Below are positions 1-9,809 of a stretch of DNA of 64,000 bases, piece by piece. The position numbers and the translations under genes are program-made. This DNA comes from Spirochaetia bacterium (GTDB taxonomy: Bacteria; Spirochaetota; Spirochaetia; SZUA-6; Bin103). The stretch spans positions 3,264,001 to 3,328,000 of the forward strand of contig CBDBDQ010000005.1 in the NCBI GenBank assembly GCA_965203905.1, written 5' to 3'. The notes beneath the pieces are model-generated. The model was not told the origin of the DNA. It saw nothing but the letters and a program-made list of their open reading frames with translations, and did not search any database. Each line of letters begins with the position of its first letter. Position 1 is the first letter of the stretch.

Positions 1-2
1 TT

Positions 3-1622
3 GCCGATCAGATCGAGATGGATGCCCGCCAGTTGGGCAAGCACCTCGATTTTTCCATCGCCAGCTTCTACGGCGGCGTGGGGTACGACAAGCAGGAGCG
101 GGCCCTGGCCGCCGGCGTGCGCGTGGCGATCGGCACGCCCGGACGCCTGCTGGACTTCGCCAAGCAGCGCAAGCTGGACCTGCGCCAGGTCGGCATCCTG
201 GTCATCGACGAAGCCGACCGCCTGTTCGACATGGGGTTCATCCCCGACCTGCGGCGCCTCATCCGCCAGATGCCGGGCCGCGACGAGCGCATCACCATGC
301 TCTACAGCGCCACCCTGAGCACCCGCGTCAAGTCACTGGCGTGGGAGCACATGAAGAACCCGGCGGAGATTACGATTACGCCGGAACGGGTCACGGTGGA
401 TGAGATCACGCAGGAGCTGTACCACGTTCCCCGCGAGCGCAAGCTGAGCCTGCTGCTCGGGATCCTGTCGCGCGAGCAACGGCGCAACGCGCTGATTTTC
501 ACCAACACCAAGCAGGTGGCCTTCGAAGTGGCCACCCGGCTGCAGCGCAACGGCCTCACCTGCGAGTACATCATCGGCGATCTCCCGCAACGCAAGCGCC
601 AGCGCCTGATCGACGATCTGAAGGCGGGCGAGCTGCAGTATCTGGTGGCCACCGACGTCGCGGCCCGTGGTCTGCACATCGAGGAGCTGGACCTGGTGGT
701 GAACTACGACCTGCCGGAGTACAGCGAGAACTACGTGCACCGCATCGGGCGCACCGCACGGGCGGGCCGCACCGGCAAGGCGATCGCGCTGGCGTGCGAA
801 GAGTACGTGTTCGCCCTGGAAGGGATCGAAGAATTCATTCGCATGACCATCCCCGCCGTCACGGCGAATGGCGACCTGTACCTGGAAGATGCCAGTACCG
901 GCATGCGCGTCGGCCACTACATGGCGCAGCGCCGGCGCGAGGAACGGCATGGCCGCGGCGGTTCGCGCGCCGGTACGCGGGAAGCGGGTCGCGGCGCCGG
1001 CAGCGGTGCGCGGCGGGCTCCGGCCATGGCTGCAGCGGCCGCGGGCAACGGCCAGGGCGGTGCGGCGGCGGTCGCGGCCCGTGAGCGCCCGGCCGAGCCA
1101 CGCGCGGCTGCCAGCGCCGGACGCGGTGCGGTGCGCGGCTCCGAAGCAGCGTCCGGCTCGCGGCGCACATCCGGCGGTGACGGCGGCGCGCGGAGTTCCA
1201 GGCCGGCCGGCGGACGGGACGGCACTTCCCGACCTGCCGCAACCGAGGGTGGCGGCGTGCGGCGTGCGCGGCGCCGGCGCGGGGGACGCGGCGGGGCTGG
1301 CCGGAACGGCGCCCGGCCGGAGTCCGCGTCCGCGGCGCCGGGCGTGCCGCGTCCGCGGCCAGCTGCCAGCGGCGACGCGCCGGAACGGCGCTCAGCGCGA
1401 GACTCCGGTAACGGTATCAGCCGTTCGCGCAGCACCGAGGAGCGGCTCGCCTACTACCGCGAAAAGTACGGCGAGGACTTCAAGCTCGCGCAGCAGCCCG
1501 CGCCGGTGAGCGCGGAACCCGCGGCCGGCGAGCCGCAGAACGACGGCGCCAAGCCGGCGCCGCGAAAGCACGGCCTGCTGGCACGGCTGTTCCGGCGCCG
1601 CAGCGGCCAGCCCCGCGCCTGA
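3..1622 (+). CDS. DEAD-box RNA helicase (RhlB/RhlE-like), 5'-truncated by the window edge, long Gly/Arg/Ala-rich C-terminal tail
   Basis: Motifs GG, TPGRL, DEAD, SAT, ATDVAARG, YVHRIGRTARAG in ORF 18..1622; motif I lies upstream of the window. Confidence 0.93.
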   Translation, partial: ADQIEMDARQLGKHLDFSIASFYGGVGYDKQERALAAGVRVAIGTPGRLLDFAKQRKLDLRQVGILVIDEADRLFDMGFIPDLRRLIRQMPGRDERITMLYSATLSTRVKSLAWEHMKNPAEITITPERVTVDEITQELYHVPRERKLSLLLGILSREQRRNALIFTNTKQVAFEVATRLQRNGLTCEYIIGDLPQRKRQRLIDDLKAGELQYLVATDVAARGLHIEELDLVVNYDLPEYSENYVHRIGRTARAGRTGKAIALACEEYVFALEGIEEFIRMTIPAVTANGDLYLEDASTGMRVGHYMAQRRREERHGRGGSRAGTREAGRGAGSGARRAPAMAAAAAGNGQGGAAAVAARERPAEPRAAASAGRGAVRGSEAASGSRRTSGGDGGARSSRPAGGRDGTSRPAATEGGGVRRARRRRGGRGGAGRNGARPESASAAPGVPRPRPAASGDAPERRSARDSGNGISRSRSTEERLAYYREKYGEDFKLAQQPAPVSAEPAAGEPQNDGAKPAPRKHGLLARLFRRRSGQPRA

Positions 1623-1635
1623 CCCCACAAGTCGC

Positions 1636-2505
1636 ATGGGCGCCCGCATCATCAAGGGCGGTCCGGTCGCCGCGCGTATCCGCGCGCAGGTGGCGGCGGA
1701 GGTAGCCGCCGGCGCCGGCCAGGGACCTGCGCCACGCTTGCAGGTGTTGCTGGCAGGCGACGATCCCGGGTCACTGTGGTATGCCCGGGCCAAGGCCAAG
1801 CTGGGCGCCAGGGTGGGCGTCCGCGTGAAGGTGGAGCGCTTCCCGGCGGCCGTTTCCACCGCCGCCCTGTGTGGTGCCATCCGGGACTGGAATCACGATA
1901 GGTCAGTGCATGGCATTCTGGTCGAGTTGCCGTTGCCGGCCGGCGTGGACAAGCGGCTGGTGCTGGAAGCGATCGAGCCGCGCAAGGACGTCGACGGGGT
2001 GACCCCGGTGAACCGCGGACTGCTGTTCAGCGGCGCCGAGCGCGAGGCCCTGGTGCCGGCTACTCCGCTGGCCTGCCTGGAGCTGCTGGCCGAGGTGCCG
2101 GCGCAGGCGGAGGGCAAGCGTGCCGCGGTAGTCGGGCGCGGCGATACGGTAGGTCGTCCGCTGGCGGCCTTGCTGGTAACCCGTCACGCCACCGTCACCA
2201 TCTGCCACACGCGCACGCCCGACCTGGCGGCCGTGGTGCGGCAGGCCGACCTGGTGTTCGCCGCCGCCGGCCGTCCCGGCGTGGTGCGCGGTGAGATGAT
2301 CCGGCCCGGAGCCACCGTGATCGACGCCGGCATCACGGAGGTGGAGGGCGGCATCGTCGGCGACGTGGAGTGGGACAGCGTGACCGCGGTGGCCGGGGCC
2401 GCGAGCCCGGTGCCCGGCGGCGTGGGCACGGTCACCACGGCACTGATCATGCGCAACGTGCTGCGCGCCCGCACCCTGCAGCAGGCACAGGAGGCCAGGT
2501 CATGA
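1636..2505 (+). CDS. folD: Bifunctional methylenetetrahydrofolate dehydrogenase/cyclohydrolase
   Basis: YxxxK (YARAK), GILVELPLP, KDVDG, PATP, GDV, PVPGGVG motifs. Confidence 0.92.
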   Translation: MGARIIKGGPVAARIRAQVAAEVAAGAGQGPAPRLQVLLAGDDPGSLWYARAKAKLGARVGVRVKVERFPAAVSTAALCGAIRDWNHDRSVHGILVELPLPAGVDKRLVLEAIEPRKDVDGVTPVNRGLLFSGAEREALVPATPLACLELLAEVPAQAEGKRAAVVGRGDTVGRPLAALLVTRHATVTICHTRTPDLAAVVRQADLVFAAAGRPGVVRGEMIRPGATVIDAGITEVEGGIVGDVEWDSVTAVAGAASPVPGGVGTVTTALIMRNVLRARTLQQAQEARS

Positions 2506-3146
2506 GCGACCCCACGCACGCGGAATTGTTCGAGCTGCCGGTCGGCGCCTTTCTGGAGCGCACGGCCTCGGCCGCGCCCACGCCTGGCGGCGGCTCGGTA
2601 GCCGCGCTGACCGGCGCCCTGGCGAGCGCGCTGGTGGCGATGGTAGCGCGCCTCACGGATGGCAAGAAGGGCTACGAACAGGGGTGGGAGGTGGCGGCGG
2701 CGGCCACCGCGGGTGCGGATCGGCTGAGCGCGGAGCTGCAGGCCGCAGCGCTGGAGGATGTCCGCAGCTTCGAGGCCTACATGGCCGCGCTGCGCCTGCC
2801 GAAGGGCTCGCCGGAGGAGCGGCAGACGCGCCGCGCCGCCCTGGAAACGGCCACCCGCCGGGCCACCGCGGCGCCTCTGGCTATCGCCGCGGCATGCGCA
2901 GACGTGCTTGCCCTCGCCGAGCGGCTGGCGCCGGTAGCCAACCGCCACGCGGTTTCCGACATCGGTGCCGCGGCGCACCTGGCCGGCGCGGCCGCGGGAG
3001 CGGCACTGCTCACCGCTGAGATCAACCTCGGCTCGGCTCCGGATGGTGAGTTTTTTGATGCGGCGCGGGTACAGGCTGCCGATTTGCGTTCCAAAACCGA
3101 GAACACAGCCCCTGCGGTCATCAAGGCCGTAGAAACACGAATCTGA
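2502..3146 (+). CDS. Formiminotetrahydrofolate cyclodeaminase family protein (FTCD C-terminal domain)
   Basis: PTPGGGSVAAL and SDIG..A motifs; ATG at 2502 overlaps the folD stop (ATGA). Confidence 0.88.
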   Translation: MSDPTHAELFELPVGAFLERTASAAPTPGGGSVAALTGALASALVAMVARLTDGKKGYEQGWEVAAAATAGADRLSAELQAAALEDVRSFEAYMAALRLPKGSPEERQTRRAALETATRRATAAPLAIAAACADVLALAERLAPVANRHAVSDIGAAAHLAGAAAGAALLTAEINLGSAPDGEFFDAARVQAADLRSKTENTAPAVIKAVETRI

Positions 3147-3303
3147 ATCGCCAGTTATTCGACCGCGAATCTCTCATGCTGCCAAATTACGGGCAGAAGT
3201 TGTCGATTTTTGCTTGGGTTCAGATTTTGTCGTCAGAGTACTTGCCTCGCTGAGCAATAACCGGCATATTCCTCACTCTCAAACGATCCGAGGAGGGTAT
3301 TAG

Positions 3304-5034
3304 ATGGCAACAGTGGACCAAAATGGCTACGATGGCGGCCAGGCCCTGGTCAAGGCGCTGGAAAACGAGGGTATAGAGTACGTGTTTGGCCTCTCCGGCG
3401 GCGCCGCACTGCCGATTTTCGACGCTCTGGTATCGACCGATAACAAGATGAAGTTCGTCCTGGTACGGCACGAGCAGGGCGGCAGCCACATGGCCGACGG
3501 CTATGCGCGGGCCACCGGCAAGCCGGCGGTGGTGCTGGTCACCAGCGGGCCCGGGGCCACCAACACCCTGACCGGGATCATGACCGCGCACATGGACTCG
3601 GTGCCGATGCTCGTGGTCACCGGCCAGCAGGTCACCGGCATGCTCGGCAAGGACGCCTTCCAGGAAGCCGACATCTTCGGCATCACCATGCCGATCGTGA
3701 AGCACAGCTACCTGGTCAAGGACACCAACGCCATCCCGCGCATCGTGCGCGAGGCGTACCACATCGCCACCACCGGACGTCCCGGGCCGGTGCTGATCGA
3801 CGTGCCCAAGGACGTGAGCCAGGCACCGATGGGCAACGGTGCGTATGAGCGGATGGACATACCCGGCTACGACGTTCCCGAGGAGGGTGACCGCGAGGTG
3901 ATCGTGCAGGCGGCTGCGGCCCTGAACGCCGCGCGCCGGCCGGTGATCCTGGTGGGCCACGGTGCCCTCATCGCCAAGGCCTCCGACTCGGTGCGCCGCC
4001 TGGCGGAGCGCCTGCAGGCACCGGTCACCACCACCCTGCTGGGCAAGGGGGCGTTCCCGGAGACCCACCCGCTGTCGCTGGGGATGCTCGGCATGCACGG
4101 CACCGCCTACGCCAACAAGGCGATGGTGGAGTGCGACCTGGTGATGTCGATCGGCTCCCGCTTCGACGACCGCATCATCGGCCAGCCGCACCGCTTCTGC
4201 CGCAACGCGACGGTCATTCACGTCGACATCGATCCCGGCGAGAACGGCAAGATGATCAAGCCCGACCATTTCATCCAGGGCGACGCGCGGCTGGTGGTGG
4301 AGGAGTTGATCAAGCACGTCACCCGGCTCGACAGCGACTCCTGGCTGGCGCACCTTGATCGCTACAAGGTCAAGTTGCCACTCAAGTACCGCAAGCAGGG
4401 CGGCCTCAAGATGCAGCACATCATCGACGAGCTGTACCGGCTCACCGAGGGCCGGGCGATCGTCTCCACCGACGTGGGCCAGCACCAGATGTGGGCGGCG
4501 CAGTTCTACAAGACCGACTACCCCGAAAACTGGCTCAGCTCCGGCGGCGCCGGCACCATGGGCTACGGTTTCCCCGCTGCCATCGGCGCCCAGTTCGGGC
4601 GGCCCGACGACCCGGTGCTGGCGATCGTCGGCGACGGCGGCTTCCAGATGACGCTGTGCGAGCTGGCCACGGCGTGCATCCACCGCCTGCCGATCAAGGT
4701 GATCGTGCTCAATAACCACTACCTCGGAATGGTGCGGCAGTGGCAGGAGTTGTTCTACGAGGAGCGCGAGAGCGGCGTCGACCTGGAGGGCAACCCCGAC
4801 TTCGCCAAGCTGGCCGAGGCCTACGGCGCCAAGGGTTTCACCCTGCGCCGGCCCGGTGACGTGCGCCGCATCCTCACCGCCGCGCTGGAGTACAACGACG
4901 GACCCTGCGTGGTGAACGCCGAGGTGGAGAAGACCGACAACGTGTTCCCCATGATCCCGGCCGGCAGCGCCCTGGAGGACATGATCGTGGAGCCGCCGAA
5001 GGTGAAGCTCGCCAAGCCCACGGGGTCGACGTAA
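3304..5034 (+). CDS. ilvB: Acetolactate synthase large subunit
   Basis: RHEQ, TSGPGATN, FQEAD, DVGQHQMW, GDGGFQM...NN TPP motif; GAGGAGG RBS upstream. Confidence 0.95.
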   Translation: MATVDQNGYDGGQALVKALENEGIEYVFGLSGGAALPIFDALVSTDNKMKFVLVRHEQGGSHMADGYARATGKPAVVLVTSGPGATNTLTGIMTAHMDSVPMLVVTGQQVTGMLGKDAFQEADIFGITMPIVKHSYLVKDTNAIPRIVREAYHIATTGRPGPVLIDVPKDVSQAPMGNGAYERMDIPGYDVPEEGDREVIVQAAAALNAARRPVILVGHGALIAKASDSVRRLAERLQAPVTTTLLGKGAFPETHPLSLGMLGMHGTAYANKAMVECDLVMSIGSRFDDRIIGQPHRFCRNATVIHVDIDPGENGKMIKPDHFIQGDARLVVEELIKHVTRLDSDSWLAHLDRYKVKLPLKYRKQGGLKMQHIIDELYRLTEGRAIVSTDVGQHQMWAAQFYKTDYPENWLSSGGAGTMGYGFPAAIGAQFGRPDDPVLAIVGDGGFQMTLCELATACIHRLPIKVIVLNNHYLGMVRQWQELFYEERESGVDLEGNPDFAKLAEAYGAKGFTLRRPGDVRRILTAALEYNDGPCVVNAEVEKTDNVFPMIPAGSALEDMIVEPPKVKLAKPTGST

Positions 5035-5537
5035 TGGCCATCGAAAACGGATCGATACACACGCTGAGCGCCCTGGTGGCCAACAAGCCCGGGGTGCTGG
5101 CGCGCATCGCCCAGGTGTTCGCCCGGCGCGGCTTCAACATCGAGTCGCTGGTGGTGTCGCCGTCCAAGGACGGCGCCTACTCGCGCATGACCATCGGCAC
5201 CAGCGGCACCGAGGGGGGGCTCGGGCAGATCCTGGCCCAGGTCAACAAGCTGGTGGACGTGCTGCACTGCTACGACCACACCTTCGACAACGCGGTGGTG
5301 CGCGAGCTGGCCCTGGTCAAGGTGTCGGTCGGCGCCCAGGAACGCACCGAGGCATTGCAGATCGCCCAGCACTTCGGCTGCCGCACCGAGGACCTGACCG
5401 AGGAGTCGATGATCGTCATGGCCACCGGTGCCACGGAGAAGATCGACGCCCTGATCAAGATGCTGCAGAAGTTCACCATCGTCGAGATGGTACGCACCGG
5501 CAAGGTAGTGATGATGCGCGGCGAAGGCTCCACCTGA
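5034..5537 (+). CDS. ilvN: Acetolactate synthase small regulatory subunit
   Basis: NKPGVLARI..F.RRGFNIESL ACT domain, RELALVKV, EMVRTG; TAATG coupling with ilvB. Confidence 0.95.
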   Translation: MAIENGSIHTLSALVANKPGVLARIAQVFARRGFNIESLVVSPSKDGAYSRMTIGTSGTEGGLGQILAQVNKLVDVLHCYDHTFDNAVVRELALVKVSVGAQERTEALQIAQHFGCRTEDLTEESMIVMATGATEKIDALIKMLQKFTIVEMVRTGKVVMMRGEGST

Positions 5538-6293
5538 ATGACGCTGTCTTTCGCGCAGAAACAGGAGATAATCGACAACGGCTACGTCAAGATTCCCGGC
5601 GTCGTGCCTCGCGCGATGCTGGATGCGGCGCTGCGGGCGATCAACAGCCTGGTTGGCGAGGGGCTGGGCGGCGACGAGATGACGGAGTTGCATGATGCCG
5701 CGGTCATCACTGACCTGCTGTTGCGGACGCCGGCCTGGGAGCTGGCGGAGTCGGCGATAGGGGGCGGCAGGATCGATCGCCCGAAACGAGCCCAGATCGC
5801 GCTGCGGTTTCCGAGCCTGGAGGATCCGCCGCCGGAGCCGATCGGTCATCTCGATGGCATGCATTCGGAGCACAACGGCGTGCCCAAGGGGGAGATCCGC
5901 AACTTCACCATGCTGGTGGGAATCTACCTCAGCGACGTGCCGGATCCCTACGCCGGCAACTTCACCGTGTGGCCGGGGACCCATCACGCGCACGAGCGCT
6001 ACTTTCGCGAGCACGGAGCGGAAGCGCTGCTCGACGGCATGCCGCCGATCGACCTGCCGCCGCCGGTGCACGTCACCGGTGCCGCCGGCGACGTCATCCT
6101 GGCGCACTACCAGGTTGCCCACACCGCGGTAGCCAACGTCTCGCCGCACACGCGCTACGCGGTCTTCTTCCGTCTGCGCCACGTCGGCCACCCCAGCTTC
6201 CGGCCGGAGGCGATGACCGACATCTGGCTGGACTGGGAAGGGCTGCGCGACCTCGCGCCGCGAGCAGGTGGCTGGCGAATTACGACGGAGTGA
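5538..6293 (+). CDS. Phytanoyl-CoA dioxygenase (PhyH) family Fe(II)/2OG enzyme
   Basis: NGYV start motif, HLD iron motif, GNFTVWPGTH, GDV....H, distal R. Confidence 0.75.
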   Translation: MTLSFAQKQEIIDNGYVKIPGVVPRAMLDAALRAINSLVGEGLGGDEMTELHDAAVITDLLLRTPAWELAESAIGGGRIDRPKRAQIALRFPSLEDPPPEPIGHLDGMHSEHNGVPKGEIRNFTMLVGIYLSDVPDPYAGNFTVWPGTHHAHERYFREHGAEALLDGMPPIDLPPPVHVTGAAGDVILAHYQVAHTAVANVSPHTRYAVFFRLRHVGHPSFRPEAMTDIWLDWEGLRDLAPRAGGWRITTE

Positions 6294-6344
6294 ATCGAGC
6301 GTGCGACGGCGATCCGGTCCGGCTCAGTTGCTTGGCGGATCCAA

Positions 6345-6530
6345 TCATTCGCCGGTATGACTCGCGTTGGGTGTCTTGAATGCCTTGTGTATCTCCTTCC
6401 CGGGGGAGGTAGACCCGGGAAACTGGATGCCCTGAACGGTTACCGCATCGACAACCTCGTACAGCACCTCCAGTAGATCGACCTGAAACAGATACTGGAG
6501 CGGGGAGGTGTTACAGATGACCTCGTGCAA
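6345..6530 (-). pseudogene. Truncated DUF3368-type PIN-domain toxin
   Basis: VICNTSPLQYLFQVDLLEVL matches the N-terminus of DUF3368 PIN proteins; the frame ends after about 60 codons; overlaps the upstream UPF0175 gene. Confidence 0.6.
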
Positions 6531-6759
6531 CGGCCAGGTCCCGCCGTAACTCGTCGGCGTCCTGGCTGAAGGTGTCAACTCCGTACTCGGACAGCTTCGT
6601 CAGGAAGAGCGGCTTCGGCACCCCCGCCCACTCTGCTGCGGCTCCCGTAGACATCAGACCCTGCCGGTAGAGACCAACAGCCGCTTCGACTCGCGCATCT
6701 TCCCAGCATTGATCCGGCATCAGGTCCGGCGCGAGAAAGTCCTCCGCGATTGCAGACAT
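6511..6759 (-). CDS. UPF0175 family antitoxin-like HTH protein
   Basis: AVGLYRQGLMSTGAAAEWAGV..F...L..YGV pattern; AGGAGG RBS 6 nt before the ATG at 6759. Confidence 0.8.
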   Translation of the reverse strand: MSAIAEDFLAPDLMPDQCWEDARVEAAVGLYRQGLMSTGAAAEWAGVPKPLFLTKLSEYGVDTFSQDADELRRDLAVARGHL

Positions 6760-6823
6760 GTCCGACCTCCTGTCTGGGCCACCATTTACCAGGCAATTGT
6801 GCTTATAATAGCGTAGCACGACC

Positions 6824-9328
6824 ATGGAGACTCAGGCCACGACCAGGGAGCGGCGGGCGGGCTACGATCCCGCCGCCATCGAGCCCAAGTGGCAGCAGCG
6901 CTGGGACCGCGACGGGCTGCACCGGGCGCGCATCGACCCGGGGCGCAAGAAGCACTACTGCCTCACCATGCTGCCCTATCCGTCCGGTGACCTGCATATC
7001 GGGCACTGGTATGCGATGACCCCGCCGGACGCACGCGCCCGCTACCTGCGCATGAAGGGCTACAACGTGATGTACCCGATGGGGTTCGACGCCTTCGGCC
7101 TGCCAGCCGAAAACGCCGCGATCAGTCGCAACATCCACCCCAAGGAGTGGACCTACGCCAACATCGACCGTATGCGCGGCCAGCTGCGCACCATGGGTGC
7201 GATGTGGGACTGGGAGCGCGAGGCGACCTCCTCGGATCCCGAGTACTACCGCTGGACGCAGTGGTTCTTCCTCAAGCTGCTGGCGCACGATCTGGCCTAC
7301 CGCAGCCACGCCGCGGTCGACTTCTGCCCCAACTGCAACACTACCGTGGCGCGCGAGCAGGTGGTCGGCGAGGAGCGGCTGTGCGAACGCTGCGACACGC
7401 CGGTGGTCAAGCGCGACCTGGAGCAGTGGTTCCTGCGCATCACCCGCTATGCCGAGGAGCTGCTGCGCTTCGAGGGCATCGACTGGCCGGAGCGGGTCCT
7501 TACCCTGCAGACCAACTGGATCGGCCGCAGCGAGGGCGCCCACGTGGCGTTCCGCACCGAGCAGGGCGACTCGCTGGAGGTGTTCACTACCCGGCCCGAC
7601 ACCCTGTGGGGGGCCACCTTCATGGTGCTCGCCCCCGAGCATCCGCTGGTCGCCAAGCTCGCCACGCCCGAGCGCCGGGCCGAGGTGGAGGCGTACGCGG
7701 CCGCGGCCACGCGCCAGACCGACATCGAGCGCGAGGCGGCGGGGCGCGAGAAGAGCGGGGTGTTCACCGGCGCCTACGCCATCAATCCGGTCAACGACGA
7801 GAAGGTTCCGATCTGGACCGCCGACTACGTGCTGATGACCTACGGCACCGGCGCCATCATGGCGGTGCCGGCGCACGACGAGCGTGACTTCGCCTTCGCC
7901 CGCGCCTACGGCCTGACCGTGCGCCCGGTGATCCAGCCGGCGGGTCTCGATCCGCTGGACGGCGAGACGATGAGCGAAGCGGTGATCGCCAAGGGGGCGA
8001 TGATCGACTCCGGACCGCTCACCGGCACCCCCGCCGAGGAGGCGATCGCGCGCACCATCGAGTGGCTCGGCGAGCGCGGCATCGGCCGCGCCGAGGTGGT
8101 CTACCGACTGCGCGACTGGCTGATCTCGCGGCAGCGCTACTGGGGGTGCCCCATCCCCGTGGTCCACTGCGAACGCTGCGGCGCCGTGCCGGTACCCGAA
8201 GATCAGCTTCCGGTGGAGTTGCCGGACGACATCGAGTGGCGGCCCACCGGCGAGAGTCCGCTCAAGTTTCACCCCACGTGGCGCAACACCAACTGTCCGC
8301 GGTGCGAACAACCGGCGGAGCGGGAGACCGACACCATGGACACCTTCCTGTGCTCGTCGTGGTACCACCTGCGCTACCTCAGCCCCGACTACACCGGAGG
8401 CCCGTTCGACGCCGACGAGTATCGCTACTGGATGCCGGTCGACACCTACACCGGCGGCGCCGAGCACGCCACGATGCACCTGATGTACACGCGGTTCTTC
8501 CACAAGGCGAACCGCGACATGGGCATCGAGACCGGCGCCGAGCCGATGCTGCAACTGCGCAACCAGGGCCAGATCCTCTCCGACGACGGCGCCCGGATGA
8601 GCAAGTCGCGCGGCAACGTGACCGACCCTGACGAACTGGTGGCGCGCCATGGCGCCGACGCGGTGCGCGCGTTCCTGATGTTTGGCTACCGCTGGTCGGA
8701 GGGTGGCCCGTGGAACTACGGCAACATCCAGGGAGTGGTGCGCTGGCTGGGGCGGGTATGGGATCTCGTCCAGCGAATGCGGGAGGCGGATGTCACCGAT
8801 TCGGCGTACACCGAGAACGGCAACTCCCGGCTGCTCGGCGACGTGGTGCGCAGGACGCACCAGGCGATTCAACGCGTCACGCACGACTTCGAGGAGTTCG
8901 AGTTCAACACCGTCGTGTCGGAATTGATGAAGCTGAACAATGCGATCCTGGCCACGGAGTCGGATGCCGGCTCCGGCTTCATCGGCCAGCCGCAGGTGCG
9001 CGAGTCGGTGCTGACCATGCTCACGCTGATGGCGCCGGTCACGCCGCACCTCGCCGAGGAGCTGTGGCAGCAGCTCGGCCAGCCCTACAGCATCCACCGG
9101 CAGCCGTGGCCCGAGGCGGATGCCGCGCTGGCCGCCGACGAGTTGATTACCCTGGTAGTGCAGGTCAACGGCAAGGTGCGCGGCAAGGTCGAGGTGCCGG
9201 CCGGCATCGAGCAGCCGGAGGCGGAGCGCCTGGCGCGCGCCGCGCCGAACGTGGCCCGCTCCCTCGGTGAGCGCAAGCCGCGGCGGGTGATCGCGGTGCC
9301 CGGCAAGCTGATAAACTTCGTGTTATGA
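6824..9328 (+). CDS. leuS: Leucine--tRNA ligase
   Basis: PYPSGDLHIGH, FTTRPDT editing domain, GTGAIMAVPAHDERD, RMSKS, QVNGKVR. Confidence 0.98.
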   Translation: METQATTRERRAGYDPAAIEPKWQQRWDRDGLHRARIDPGRKKHYCLTMLPYPSGDLHIGHWYAMTPPDARARYLRMKGYNVMYPMGFDAFGLPAENAAISRNIHPKEWTYANIDRMRGQLRTMGAMWDWEREATSSDPEYYRWTQWFFLKLLAHDLAYRSHAAVDFCPNCNTTVAREQVVGEERLCERCDTPVVKRDLEQWFLRITRYAEELLRFEGIDWPERVLTLQTNWIGRSEGAHVAFRTEQGDSLEVFTTRPDTLWGATFMVLAPEHPLVAKLATPERRAEVEAYAAAATRQTDIEREAAGREKSGVFTGAYAINPVNDEKVPIWTADYVLMTYGTGAIMAVPAHDERDFAFARAYGLTVRPVIQPAGLDPLDGETMSEAVIAKGAMIDSGPLTGTPAEEAIARTIEWLGERGIGRAEVVYRLRDWLISRQRYWGCPIPVVHCERCGAVPVPEDQLPVELPDDIEWRPTGESPLKFHPTWRNTNCPRCEQPAERETDTMDTFLCSSWYHLRYLSPDYTGGPFDADEYRYWMPVDTYTGGAEHATMHLMYTRFFHKANRDMGIETGAEPMLQLRNQGQILSDDGARMSKSRGNVTDPDELVARHGADAVRAFLMFGYRWSEGGPWNYGNIQGVVRWLGRVWDLVQRMREADVTDSAYTENGNSRLLGDVVRRTHQAIQRVTHDFEEFEFNTVVSELMKLNNAILATESDAGSGFIGQPQVRESVLTMLTLMAPVTPHLAEELWQQLGQPYSIHRQPWPEADAALAADELITLVVQVNGKVRGKVEVPAGIEQPEAERLARAAPNVARSLGERKPRRVIAVPGKLINFVL

Positions 9329-9798
9329 GTGAAGCCTATCGCTACGGCGGCGCACGCGCGCTGGTGCGCCTCCACGAGCGCCACCTGTGGGAGTTCTGGG
9401 CCACCTGGTGCGAAGCACAGAACGCCAGGGTGCAGCTCCCCGAGACCGAGGATCCGAACTACGCCTCGCTGGAGGTGCTGCTGCACCACGTGTTGCAAAG
9501 CGCCCGCGGCTACCTGCAGTGGATCTGCACGCAGCTCCAGTTGCCCGATCCCGGCATCGATCGGGCGCCGCCGCCGGAACGCGCCCCCGACGAGGCGGCC
9601 GCCTACCTGGGGCACCTGCTGGAGCGCTGGCGCACGCCGCTGCGCGACGTGGCGCGGGAGGAGTTTCGCAAGCCGGTCCAGCAGGCGCTGACCGCCACCA
9701 ACATCGAGGCGATGCTGGAGCACGCGGTGATGCACCCGATCCGGCACACGTTCCAGCTTCGCAACCTGTTGGCGGAGCAGCAGGCGCTCGCGGAGTAG
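9325..9798 (+). CDS. Hypothetical DinB/YfiT-like four-helix metal-binding protein
   Basis: LLHHV and EHAVMHPIRH histidine pattern; ATGA overlap with leuS. Confidence 0.6.
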   Translation: MSEAYRYGGARALVRLHERHLWEFWATWCEAQNARVQLPETEDPNYASLEVLLHHVLQSARGYLQWICTQLQLPDPGIDRAPPPERAPDEAAAYLGHLLERWRTPLRDVAREEFRKPVQQALTATNIEAMLEHAVMHPIRHTFQLRNLLAEQQALAE

Positions 9799-9809
9799 CC
9801 GCGAAGCGA

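Noticed and set aside
930-1420. Low-complexity GC-rich tract in the helicase
   Set aside because: Gly/Arg-rich disordered tails are common in DEAD-box helicases; no discrete repeat unit.
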